This document shows, piece after piece, positions 1 through 8,136 of a stretch of DNA of 64,000 nucleotides; the stretch's first letter is position 1, and each line of letters begins with the position of its first letter. Origin of the DNA: Escherichia phage 236Ecol005PP; sequence record PP434423.1; one strand, written 5' to 3'. Made by a program: the position numbers and the translations under genes. The notes beneath the pieces were generated by a model that saw nothing but the letters and a program-made list of their open reading frames with translations, was not told where the DNA came from and made no database searches.

Positions 1-146
1 TAAATAGCGTTCAATAGGAGCTGTTTTAGCGTCAAAGCCGTTTCCTATGCGGTCAACGCCGTTTCCTCGGTAAGTCCACTCATCTTTATTAATGCCTTTA
101 GCCTTTTCCACAGAAGCTTCAGCGATAAATTCTTTATACGTTTTCA
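1..146 (-). CDS. internal head protein (ip family), N-terminal 48 codons; CDS runs past window start
   Basis: ATG at 144-146; N-terminus MKTYKEFIAEA matches T-even capsid targeting sequence (CTS); early promoter upstream. Confidence 0.6.
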
Positions 147-175
147 TGTGTTTCCTTGTTTGTTTTGATAGAATA

Positions 176-205
176 ATTATATCATATTAATACTTAAGCG
201 TAAAC
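176..205 (-). promoter_or_regulatory. T4-type early promoter (-35 GTTTAC, -10 TATAAT)
   Basis: minus strand GTTTAC-N18-TATAAT just upstream of ip start at 146. Confidence 0.5.
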
Positions 206-468
206 TGTTTAAGCTTTACCGCCAGAAATAATTCCGAAGTTGTTAAAATCATATCCAATATCGTCACATCTACTTTAGGGCTTGCTACAACATAAGCAAT
301 TTCACTACGTTTTGCATAGGTGTTTATTTCTCTACCATCGCCGCCTAGGAAAGAATACCCATTACGTTTTAATGAGCCAAAATCTTCGGCATCACCAACG
401 AAAGCTTTAACTTTAAATTTGGGGCCTTTGGCATCTGCTTCAGCGATAAATTCTTGATACATTTTCAT
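187..468 (-). CDS. internal head protein (ip family), 93 aa
   Basis: ATG start with AAGGA RBS; N-terminus MKMYQEFIAEA = CTS consensus. Confidence 0.7.
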   Translation of the reverse strand: MKMYQEFIAEADAKGPKFKVKAFVGDAEDFGSLKRNGYSFLGGDGREINTYAKRSEIAYVVASPKVDVTILDMILTTSELFLAVKLKQFTLKY

Positions 469-474
469 TTTTCC

Positions 475-888
475 TTAGTAAATTGATTTACCATAGTATT
501 TGTACCAAGTAGGGCGTTGAGCAATTTTTTCATCTAAGCGAGCTTGACTTATCGCAATGGACGCTTCGGACGGGACATAATTATTACGAAATTCGACAGG
601 GATGTCGGAAATATCCTGGACAGTCGTGTCCTTGATTTTGAAACCACGTTTCAAACATTCAGCGATTAGCTCGATTTGACGTAAACGTAAAAATTCGAGT
701 TTGTCGTAAAAGAATGTTACGTGACCTGTGCCTAAGATAAATGTTGGAGAGATTTTAAAATCCTTTACACGTTTACCGTTTTGAACATGTTTACGGACTG
801 CACCAAATACGCGTGGTAATTCACGATACTCAGCCATAAGATGTTGGTCGGTCAATTCAGAAACAAGTGTTAAATTGATACGGGTCAT
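475..888 (-). CDS. denV: endonuclease V, pyrimidine-dimer DNA glycosylase/AP lyase
   Basis: [12 protein letters not shown]...[11 protein letters not shown]... matches T4 EndoV as recalled; ATG at 888 with GGAGG RBS (track start at 900 is TTG). Confidence 0.9.
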   Translation of the reverse strand: MTRINLTLVSELTDQHLMAEYRELPRVFGAVRKHVQNGKRVKDFKISPTFILGTGHVTFFYDKLEFLRLRQIELIAECLKRGFKIKDTTVQDISDIPVEFRNNYVPSEASIAISQARLDEKIAQRPTWYKYYGKSIY

Positions 889-891
889 AAT

Positions 892-939
892 TTCCTCCAA
901 GTAGTCGATGAATGTATAGTATCAAAACCCTTGGAGGAA
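892..939 (-). promoter_or_regulatory. inverted repeat TTCCTCCAA/TTGGAGGAA able to sequester the denV RBS in read-through RNA
   Basis: 9-bp perfect inverted repeat; downstream arm contains the GGAGG Shine-Dalgarno. Confidence 0.45.
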
Positions 940-945
940 GTAAAC
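916..945 (-). promoter_or_regulatory. T4-type early promoter for denV (-35 GTTTAC, -10 TACTAT)
   Basis: GTTTAC-N18-TACTAT on minus strand, located inside the inverted repeat. Confidence 0.5.
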
Positions 946-947
946 AA

Positions 948-2188
<1,241 letters not shown>

Positions 2189-2192
<4 letters not shown>

Positions 2193-2551
2193 TTTAATTT
2201 CCTGCAATCAATCACAAACTCTTTCATTGATTCATTTTCAATATAAGACATGTAGCTATTATATTCTTTTAATTGTATTTTGTAATCCTTTTTTCTTTGC
2301 CAATTTATTTTAAAATTATCATAATGAAAATATAGAATGATACAAAAGAATGAAAATAATGAAATAATTTTAGTATAGCGAAGTTCACTCCAAACTTCTA
2401 TTATATTTACTGTGCCATCGATGTTTAAAATAAGACAGTCAATTAACAATCCAAAAAGACTACCCGCAAGAGCTGCAGCCAACGCCACAGCAAAAATTAA
2501 AAATGACTCAGGAAGCGAATATTTGACTTTATTTAGTTTTGGCTTTTGCAT
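2189..2551 (-). CDS. hypothetical membrane protein (e.2-like position)
   Basis: ATG start; two hydrophobic segments; positional. Confidence 0.6.
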
Positions 2552-2925
2552 CGTGATTCCTTAACAAATTTCATAATTTCATCAAATTCATACGCAGCAA
2601 GTTTAAGCTGATATTCCTTTTTAATCTTTTTACACTGTGCTTTCCAATCACGTACGCGTTTACGATAATGCCTTCCTTGATACCAGTATCCTACCCAATT
2701 TACAGGTATTAATAAAAGCGGAATTATTAATGGAAGAATTAGCGTTGCTCCAAATATTACACCGGATTCAATATCAGTCATAACGTCTATAACCATTCCA
2801 GCAATTAGCAGAATCACAAATGATACAGCTACCACAGGACCCATTAATACATCAGTAGAAATTATCTGGCGCTTTAGTTCATACTTCACAGGTTTACTTG
2901 GAAGGTATAGTGATGGCTTTGACAT
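2533..2925 (-). CDS. hypothetical membrane protein
   Basis: ATG at 2925 with AGGAA RBS (track start 2946 is TTG); multiple hydrophobic helices. Confidence 0.5.
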   Translation of the reverse strand: MSKPSLYLPSKPVKYELKRQIISTDVLMGPVVAVSFVILLIAGMVIDVMTDIESGVIFGATLILPLIIPLLLIPVNWVGYWYQGRHYRKRVRDWKAQCKKIKKEYQLKLAAYEFDEIMKFVKESRCKSQN

Positions 2926-3502
2926 ATTCTCTACATTCCTTAACAAATTTTTCTAATAATAAATCGCTTTCAAAATTAGGATTTTCTACGAATTTATCAA
3001 AAAGATCATCAATAATAGTCAAGATATTCTTTTTACTAAGAATACGCTTATTTTCATATTTTGTTTCAGAGTCAACTATAAGAGTAAAGAAATATTTCTT
3101 TCCCTGAAATTTTACTGTAGTATCAATATAAAATAAATTTGACTTTTGTAAATTACGTCTAAACCCCGCGTCACTTAAACTATAAATGCCAAGATAGTCA
3201 TAATCGTCGTTTAAATAGCATACCGTCCATTCAGGGGAAATGAAATCAGTAAATTCAACATCAAAATCACATGTCAATGAATGAATTGATTCAATACTGT
3301 TAATAAGTATTCCAGGACGTATTAAAGACTTTTTACCTCTATAAAATCTTCCAGAAAGACTTTCGTCAGTTTCATATGAAGACCCCCAATAGTAATTACG
3401 TCCTTCTGCCATACGTTTAAGAGCATTTAGTAATTGGTCTGGAACATCAACATGTCTTTGGAACTCTTCAAACATTGAATTGAAATCATTTTGCATTCTC
3501 AT
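2894..3502 (-). CDS. hypothetical protein, 202 aa
   Basis: ATG with GGAG RBS; long ORF in early-gene orientation. Confidence 0.6.
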   Translation of the reverse strand: MRMQNDFNSMFEEFQRHVDVPDQLLNALKRMAEGRNYYWGSSYETDESLSGRFYRGKKSLIRPGILINSIESIHSLTCDFDVEFTDFISPEWTVCYLNDDYDYLGIYSLSDAGFRRNLQKSNLFYIDTTVKFQGKKYFFTLIVDSETKYENKRILSKKNILTIIDDLFDKFVENPNFESDLLLEKFVKECREYVKAITIPSK

Positions 3503-3522
3503 TCCTATTTACTCCAGTAATA

Positions 3523-3536
3523 GGGGCCGAAGCCCC
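3523..3536. terminator. GC hairpin GGGGCCGAAGCCCC (GNRA-like tetraloop) between ORFs
   Basis: perfect 5-bp GC stem with CGAA loop; weak U-tract. Confidence 0.3.
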
Positions 3537-3542
3537 TTATCA

Positions 3543-4136
3543 TTATTTCAGAGAATTAATGTATTCCTGAACATCGGCAGAAGTGGTTTCAACCCCAGAA
3601 ATATTACCGTTAAAGGTTTCAACTCGAGCAAGGGTATCTTCAATATCAACCTTAGTTAGCGCTGCGATTTCAACTACATCATCGGCAGTACTAATTCCAA
3701 GGGCATTTGCCGCTCGAGTTTCACGGATATATTCCAATTTAACTGCAAGTTCTTGGCGAGCATCATCTAACTCAACTACTTTCTTGGCGATTTCAATTCG
3801 CATTTCAGCATAACCATCAGCCTTAGTAGTCAACTGCTCAGCTGTTCGACGATATAATAAACCGAGTTTAGCATGCATTGTTACATCTTGACCTTCGGAA
3901 AGAAGCTTGCGAATTTCACGCTCTTTTGATTCGGCTTGTCGATTCTTTTCGATAACAAGTTCACGAATACGCTTTTCTTCATTAATAGATTTAACAGAAG
4001 CAGTTTTTAGATCTTTAATTTTATCAAGTAGTTTTGCTGCTGCAGCAGTATACTGTTCTTCGACAGATAGATTTTTAGCCATAGCAGAACCAAGTTTAGT
4101 GCGAATAAACTCAACAATTTTCTTCAGTGTGTTCAT
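3543..4136 (-). CDS. coiled-coil protein with PspA/IM30-like character, 197 aa
   Basis: ATG start; long charged heptad-like region; resemblance to PspA judged by eye only. Confidence 0.6.
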   Translation of the reverse strand: MNTLKKIVEFIRTKLGSAMAKNLSVEEQYTAAAAKLLDKIKDLKTASVKSINEEKRIRELVIEKNRQAESKEREIRKLLSEGQDVTMHAKLGLLYRRTAEQLTTKADGYAEMRIEIAKKVVELDDARQELAVKLEYIRETRAANALGISTADDVVEIAALTKVDIEDTLARVETFNGNISGVETTSADVQEYINSLK

Positions 4137-4179
4137 AGTATTTCCTTAGGTTAATTGAGATTTAAAATCCATGGGAGTA

Positions 4180-4356
4180 TTATACTCCAAAGAGTTTATA
4201 AACTATTTTAACATCTCCTTTTGCTACTTTATAGCCTTCAGCCCAAGATACAACCGAGTTTTTATCTGAAGATTCAAAGTCAGGCATTGGACTTTCATCA
4301 ATGTTCACACAGTATGTTTCTTCATTTTCGTCAAACCAAATAGTTAAAGTAGTCAT
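4180..4356 (-). CDS. small hypothetical protein, 58 aa
   Basis: ATG at 4356 preceded by GGAGAAATAA; below the ORF-track length cutoff. Confidence 0.4.
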   Translation of the reverse strand: MTTLTIWFDENEETYCVNIDESPMPDFESSDKNSVVSWAEGYKVAKGDVKIVYKLFGV

Positions 4357-4424
4357 TTATTTCTCCGCTTCTGTGGTTGTTTTGATAAATCTATAATAAC
4401 ACCGTCCTTGGTGTTTGTATACAC

Positions 4425-4688
4425 TTATTTCATATTATTGAAATATTCTTCTGCGATTTCGTCGTTATCATGGTAAACTTTAGAAGACAGTTTAACATAA
4501 CCTTCAGCAGTGAACATGTTAATCACAACTTTTACAGTATACCACTGACCGTCTTCATTACCCATTACTGCGTAAGTTTCAAACATCGGATGGTCAGGAC
4601 CGATAACTTTAATATCATTCACTGTACGACCGAAATCTTCTGAAACGCATTTCATAAAGAAGTTGAACAGTTCGCCGTAATTATCCAT
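4425..4688 (-). CDS. hypothetical protein, 87 aa
   Basis: ATG at 4688 with GGAG RBS (track start 4700 is TTG). Confidence 0.6.
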   Translation of the reverse strand: MDNYGELFNFFMKCVSEDFGRTVNDIKVIGPDHPMFETYAVMGNEDGQWYTVKVVINMFTAEGYVKLSSKVYHDNDEIAEEYFNNMK

Positions 4689-4731
4689 TTCATTCTCCAA
4701 GTTGTTTTCTGTATCAGTAGTTGATATTGAT

Positions 4732-4761
4732 ATAGTACCATGGAAGAACAGGGATGTAAAC
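4732..4761 (-). promoter_or_regulatory. T4-type early promoter (-35 GTTTAC, -10 TACTAT)
   Basis: GGTTTACA-N17-TACTAT on minus strand upstream of ORF 4425-4688. Confidence 0.45.
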
Positions 4762-4894
4762 CATTTTGTGAAAAAATTTTTTTAAAAGTTTTAGGGAATT
4801 CTAGGGCAGGGAGGGGCAATTAAAGGATAGGATAATATATTATAAAGGGTAGAAACTAAATGATGCCTAGAGAGGTCCAAAAAGGCCTAGATAC

Positions 4895-4923
4895 TAAAAA
4901 GCCCCAACCTTTCGGCTGGGGCT
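4895..4923 (-). terminator. rho-independent terminator closing the tRNA/stable-RNA transcription unit
   Basis: minus strand AGCCCCAGCCGAAAGGUUGGGGCU followed by UUUUU. Confidence 0.6.
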
Positions 4924-4971
4924 AAGCCTTGCGGCAACCTTGTCGGGGTTCCACCTGCTAAGGCAAGTGTT

Positions 4972-5066
4972 TGTACGAAACGCCGGGATTTGAACCCGGT
5001 TATTGAGCAGTTGACGCTACTCAATATTTTTAAAAGGCCATATCTCGACCATATCCGAACGTTCCG
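4972..5066 (-). ncRNA. tRNA-like stable RNA (candidate equivalent of T4 RNA species 1/2)
   Basis: canonical T-arm CCGGG-TTCAAAT-CCCGG and 7-bp acceptor-like stem, but no standard anticodon arm. Confidence 0.3.
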
Positions 5067-5210
5067 TCAAAAACGCTACTCGGCTTACGGCAAAGATATT
5101 TCCTCGAATCGATAATTCGGTGCGCCGTTTCTGCTGTGATGTAAGAGGGCATCAATAAACGCAAAGATTATTAACGCAATTCCTTACTCAGGGAACATCA
5201 GTCCGACGAC

Positions 5211-5765
5211 TTACCGGTAGCGACCCGGTTTCTCATTTGGTATTTCAAATTGTGTAGATTTAGTATCTAATTTTTTAACTATGGAACTTATGTCATGAAA
5301 GAAAAACCATTCGCCATTTATATGGTCCTGATTATAAATGCTGTGCATATATTTTTCAAGTTCTACTGCATCCTGGGAATATCTAAATGATACTATTTTA
5401 AAACTTTTAAACGGTGAAAATGTATTTGCTGTTATAACTCTAACATCAGGTTCTATACTTCTTCCTATTTTATAATAATTAGGATTTGTAGTATCTACCA
5501 TTATGTATACGAAAGCCTGTCGATAGCTTTTTTCTATATCAAATTCATCTTTAAATTTCAAAAGATTTAGGGCGGCAGTCCTACAAAATACTTTCCATTT
5601 TGACAAGCGTTTGGCTTCAGTCATAGAAAAGAATTTTTTCTTATCTGTTATTTTAAGAAAAGCAACATTTTCAATTAGTTCTTGTGTTATTTCAAAATTA
5701 CCGCGGTATATTAATCCAGCTTTTATAGCCAAATTAATTTGGTCCCAGTCTACATCACTTCTCAT
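5211..5765 (-). CDS. T5orf172 / GIY-YIG-like domain protein, 184 aa (possible seg-type mobile endonuclease)
   Basis: C-terminal AFVYIMVD...NYYKIGRS...GEWFFF resembles the T5orf172 GIY-YIG-like fold; ATG start. Confidence 0.7.
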   Translation of the reverse strand: MRSDVDWDQINLAIKAGLIYRGNFEITQELIENVAFLKITDKKKFFSMTEAKRLSKWKVFCRTAALNLLKFKDEFDIEKSYRQAFVYIMVDTTNPNYYKIGRSIEPDVRVITANTFSPFKSFKIVSFRYSQDAVELEKYMHSIYNQDHINGEWFFFHDISSIVKKLDTKSTQFEIPNEKPGRYR

Positions 5766-5786
5766 AATATTATTCTCTCAATAATT

Positions 5787-5863
5787 TGGCCAGGGTGAAA
5801 GGATTCTAACCTTTAACCTGCGGTTTAGAGGACCGCTACTCTATACAATTGAGTTACACCCCG
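5787..5863 (-). tRNA. tRNA-Arg (anticodon UCU)
   Basis: hand-folded cloverleaf; anticodon loop CCTCTAA; T-loop TTAGAAT; encoded CCA. Confidence 0.55.
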
Positions 5864-5989
5864 TAATTAGTTCACAGCAATACCTACTCCAACAATCAAG
5901 ATGTCTTCACACGAAATTAAGAGAAGAGTGATCAGTTCAACCACTATAATCGCGTCAAGTAGATATTAATGTGACAACTGTCACAAGTT

Positions 5990-6064
5990 TGGCGGACATG
6001 CATGGATTCGAACCATGGACCAATTGATTAACAGTCAACTGCTCTACCACTGAGCTACACATCC
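5990..6064 (-). tRNA. tRNA-Asn (anticodon GUU)
   Basis: hand-folded: GGATGTG acceptor, GCTC/GAGC D-stem, loop CTGTTAA, T-loop TTCGAAT, encoded CCA. Confidence 0.7.
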
Positions 6065-6068
6065 AAAT

Positions 6069-6155
6069 TGGTGGGGAGTGATGGAGTCGAACCACCCGAG
6101 TCGCAATGACAATGGATTTACAGTCCACACCGCTACCTCTACGGGATAACTCCCC
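6069..6155 (-). tRNA. tRNA-Tyr (anticodon GUA), long variable arm
   Basis: anticodon arm GTGGA-CTGTAAA-TCCAT as in bacterial tRNA-Tyr; type II variable arm; encoded CCA. Confidence 0.7.
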
Positions 6156-6168
6156 TAATTCGTAATTT

Positions 6169-6243
6169 GGTGGCCCTGGGTGGAATTGAACCACCATCTG
6201 GCGATTATGAGTCGCTTGCTTGAACCTTCCAGCTACAGGGCCT
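6169..6243 (-). tRNA. tRNA with CAU anticodon (Ile-lysidine type as in T4, or Met)
   Basis: anticodon loop CTCATAA; T-arm GGTGG-TTCAATT-CCACC; encoded CCA. Confidence 0.7.
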
Positions 6244-6244
6244 T

Positions 6245-6319
6245 GGTGCTGATTGACGGAATCGAACCGCCGACCTTCTCATTACAAGTGAGTTGCTCTA
6301 CCTACTGAGCTAAATCAGC
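6245..6319 (-). tRNA. tRNA-Thr (anticodon UGU)
   Basis: GCTGATT acceptor, loop CTTGTAA, T-loop TTCGATT, encoded CCA. Confidence 0.8.
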
Positions 6320-6325
6320 AAAAAC

Positions 6326-6415
6326 TGGCGGAGGCGATAGGATTTGAACCTATGAGTCGCCGGAGCGACTGCCGGTTTTCAAGACCGGTGCATTAAACCA
6401 CTCTGCCACGCCTCC
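6326..6415 (-). tRNA. tRNA-Ser (anticodon UGA), long variable arm
   Basis: anticodon arm CCGGT-CTTGAAA-ACCGG; type II variable arm; encoded CCA. Confidence 0.8.
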
Positions 6416-6417
6416 AG

Positions 6418-6491
6418 TCTCCGCGGCAGGATTTGAACCTGCGACATTCTGCTCCCAAAGCAGACGCTCTACCAAACTGAGCTACACGGAG
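6418..6491 (-). tRNA. tRNA-Pro (anticodon UGG), CCA not encoded
   Basis: anticodon loop TTTGGGA; T-arm GCAGG-TTCAAAT-CCTGC; 3-prime end lacks CCA. Confidence 0.75.
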
Positions 6492-6501
6492 TAAATTAAA
6501 T

Positions 6502-6575
<74 letters not shown>

Positions 6576-6581
6576 AAACTT

Positions 6582-6668
6582 TGGTACGAGAAGTGGGACT
6601 CGAACCCACAAGGAAATCATTCCGCAGCATTTTAAGTGCTGTGCCTTTACCAATTTGACCATTCTCGC
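6582..6668 (-). tRNA. tRNA-Leu (anticodon UAA), long variable arm
   Basis: anticodon arm CAGCA-CTTAAAA-TGCTG; T-arm GTGGG-TTCGAGT-CCCAC; encoded CCA. Confidence 0.8.
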
Positions 6669-6669
6669 G

Positions 6670-6742
6670 CTGGGAATAAAGGACTCGAACCTTTGCATCT
6701 AGCAGTCAAAGTGCTATGCCTTATCAACTTGGCTAATTCCCA
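6670..6742 (-). tRNA. tRNA-Gln (anticodon UUG), CCA not encoded
   Basis: anticodon arm TAGCA-CTTTGAC-TGCTA; T-arm AAAGG-TTCGAGT-CCTTT. Confidence 0.75.
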
Positions 6743-6811
6743 ATTATTAACAAAGGCTCTCAAGCAAGAACCCTTGATGATAGAGGGTATTAATCAGTGC
6801 GATATGAGTTA

Positions 6812-6835
6812 ATAATAACAAATAATTCTTAAAGC
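6812..6835 (-). promoter_or_regulatory. middle-type promoter (MotA box TGCTTTA, -10 TATTAT) upstream of tRNA cluster
   Basis: minus strand TGCTTTA-N12-TATTAT. Confidence 0.45.
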
Positions 6836-6839
6836 ATAT

Positions 6840-7127
6840 TTACCATTTATGATAATACATGTTTACGATGCATTCAAGACCCAAAGGATTCTTGAAAATA
6901 TCATATTCAAGAGGACCTTTTTCTGTTTCAATAAAGAAATCAAAATTTACTGTATTAAATTTACGGTCTTCCTTCACTAATTTAACTTGAGAAGATGAAC
7001 GGTCAATGTAAACCTTTTCAACTTCAAAACATGTTAAAATGCCATAATCGTCAATCAAGGCTTTAGCCGCGTCTTGATCATATTTATATCCATTTTCAAT
7101 GGATGATACTTTCGCATAAAGAATCAT
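6840..7127 (-). CDS. hypothetical protein, 95 aa
   Basis: ATG start; compact ORF between tRNA cluster and ip locus. Confidence 0.6.
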   Translation of the reverse strand: MILYAKVSSIENGYKYDQDAAKALIDDYGILTCFEVEKVYIDRSSSQVKLVKEDRKFNTVNFDFFIETEKGPLEYDIFKNPLGLECIVNMYYHKW

Positions 7128-7129
7128 TA

Positions 7130-7510
7130 TCAGCCTTCATCAACAATAGTATGCGTATTGGCATTTACGATTTGCCACCAATCAAAGCGATTAGAACCAT
7201 AATCTGGTTTGTTTTCATTTTCTTTGATAATGTCACGAAGTTCATCTTCAGTAGCGGCTTTCGCGATTAAATCAGCATATCCACCACGAGGATAATAATT
7301 ATCACCTGCAAAAAGTAAAAAGTTTGGTTTAATGTCATTGAACTCTTCAAGAGTAATAACTTTTCCTGACGGTTGAACAATCTCTACATATTTATACCCC
7401 AATTTTTGAGCAGCATCTACTGCTTCAAGCAAAGTATCATGAGCCCATCCAATTTGACAACCTGGCTTTTCAGATGGATTAGCCTGATAATCCGCATACA
7501 CTTTGTACAT
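7130..7510 (-). CDS. hypothetical protein, 126 aa
   Basis: ATG at 7510 with AAGGTGA RBS (track start 7519 is GTG). Confidence 0.6.
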   Translation of the reverse strand: MYKVYADYQANPSEKPGCQIGWAHDTLLEAVDAAQKLGYKYVEIVQPSGKVITLEEFNDIKPNFLLFAGDNYYPRGGYADLIAKAATEDELRDIIKENENKPDYGSNRFDWWQIVNANTHTIVDEG

Positions 7511-7511
7511 T

Positions 7512-7697
7512 CTATTCACCTTTAGAAATTTTATCCATAACGATAGCGATTAAACCAATTAAAAATGCTACTACAAGTGAAAACACATTTTCTGCTGTAG
7601 TTAATAATCCGCATATAAATCCAACAAACATTGAAAAACTAAAAGCGGAAGCAGAAATTGCAATAGCAACATTTCGAATTAATTCACAACGTTTCAT
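7512..7697 (-). CDS. small hydrophobic (membrane) protein, 61 aa
   Basis: ATG start; two predicted transmembrane stretches. Confidence 0.5.
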   Translation of the reverse strand: MKRCELIRNVAIAISASAFSFSMFVGFICGLLTTAENVFSLVVAFLIGLIAIVMDKISKGE

Positions 7698-7725
7698 TTT
7701 ATTCTCCTCTGTAGTTGATAGGGTA

Positions 7726-7755
7726 ATAGTATCACTACCCTATCTAAAAGTAAAC
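7726..7755 (-). promoter_or_regulatory. T4-type early promoter (-35 GTTTAC, -10 TACTAT) inside inverted repeat GATAGGG/CCCTATC
   Basis: GTTTAC-N18-TACTAT; 7-bp inverted repeat arms bracket the -10. Confidence 0.5.
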
Positions 7756-7767
7756 TGTTTTTATAAA

Positions 7768-8076
7768 CTATTTTATTCCGCGTGATGCAATTGTATTCTG
7801 TCGTTTAGCACCAGTTTGTTTAAAGTCATGATTGTCGATTTGATCGGTACGAGCAACTCCGAATGATGATTTAATCTTAGCTTTAGATCCTTTAGTTATA
7901 GAAATAAACATCTCGGAAGCCCCTTTCTTAAAGTCCGAAGCAATTACTTCAACACCGTTCTTAGCAAGTGACTTCAGAATTGCCTCCGCGTATTCATCGT
8001 CAAGACTCGCCTGAGTATTAATAACGAATGTCTTTGGCGCAGCCGCTTCATTGATAAATTCTTTAAATGTTTTCAT
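7768..8076 (-). CDS. internal head protein (ip family), 102 aa
   Basis: N-terminus MKTFKEFINEA = CTS; ATG start. Confidence 0.7.
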   Translation of the reverse strand: MKTFKEFINEAAAPKTFVINTQASLDDEYAEAILKSLAKNGVEVIASDFKKGASEMFISITKGSKAKIKSSFGVARTDQIDNHDFKQTGAKRQNTIASRGIK

Positions 8077-8106
8077 TTTATTTTCCTAATTAATTTTGAT
8101 GAGATA

Positions 8107-8136
8107 ATAGTATCACTACCCTATCTAAAAGTAAAC
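8107..8136 (-). promoter_or_regulatory. T4-type early promoter (near-copy of the 7726-7755 element)
   Basis: atagtatcactaccctatctaaaagtaaac repeated; GTTTAC-N18-TACTAT on minus. Confidence 0.5.

Noticed and set aside
3523-3536. Identical GGGGCCGAAGCCCC hairpins at 3523, 43417 and 62732 as a dispersed repeat family or mobile element
   Set aside because: They are only 14 nt, have no shared flanks, and fit the common phage GNRA-tetraloop terminator or RNA-stability hairpin; insufficient evidence for mobility.
5955-6197. 80-aa minus-strand ORF in the ORF track
   Set aside because: It overlaps three tRNA genes (Asn, Tyr, Ile/Met); the reading frame is a by-product of tRNA sequence.
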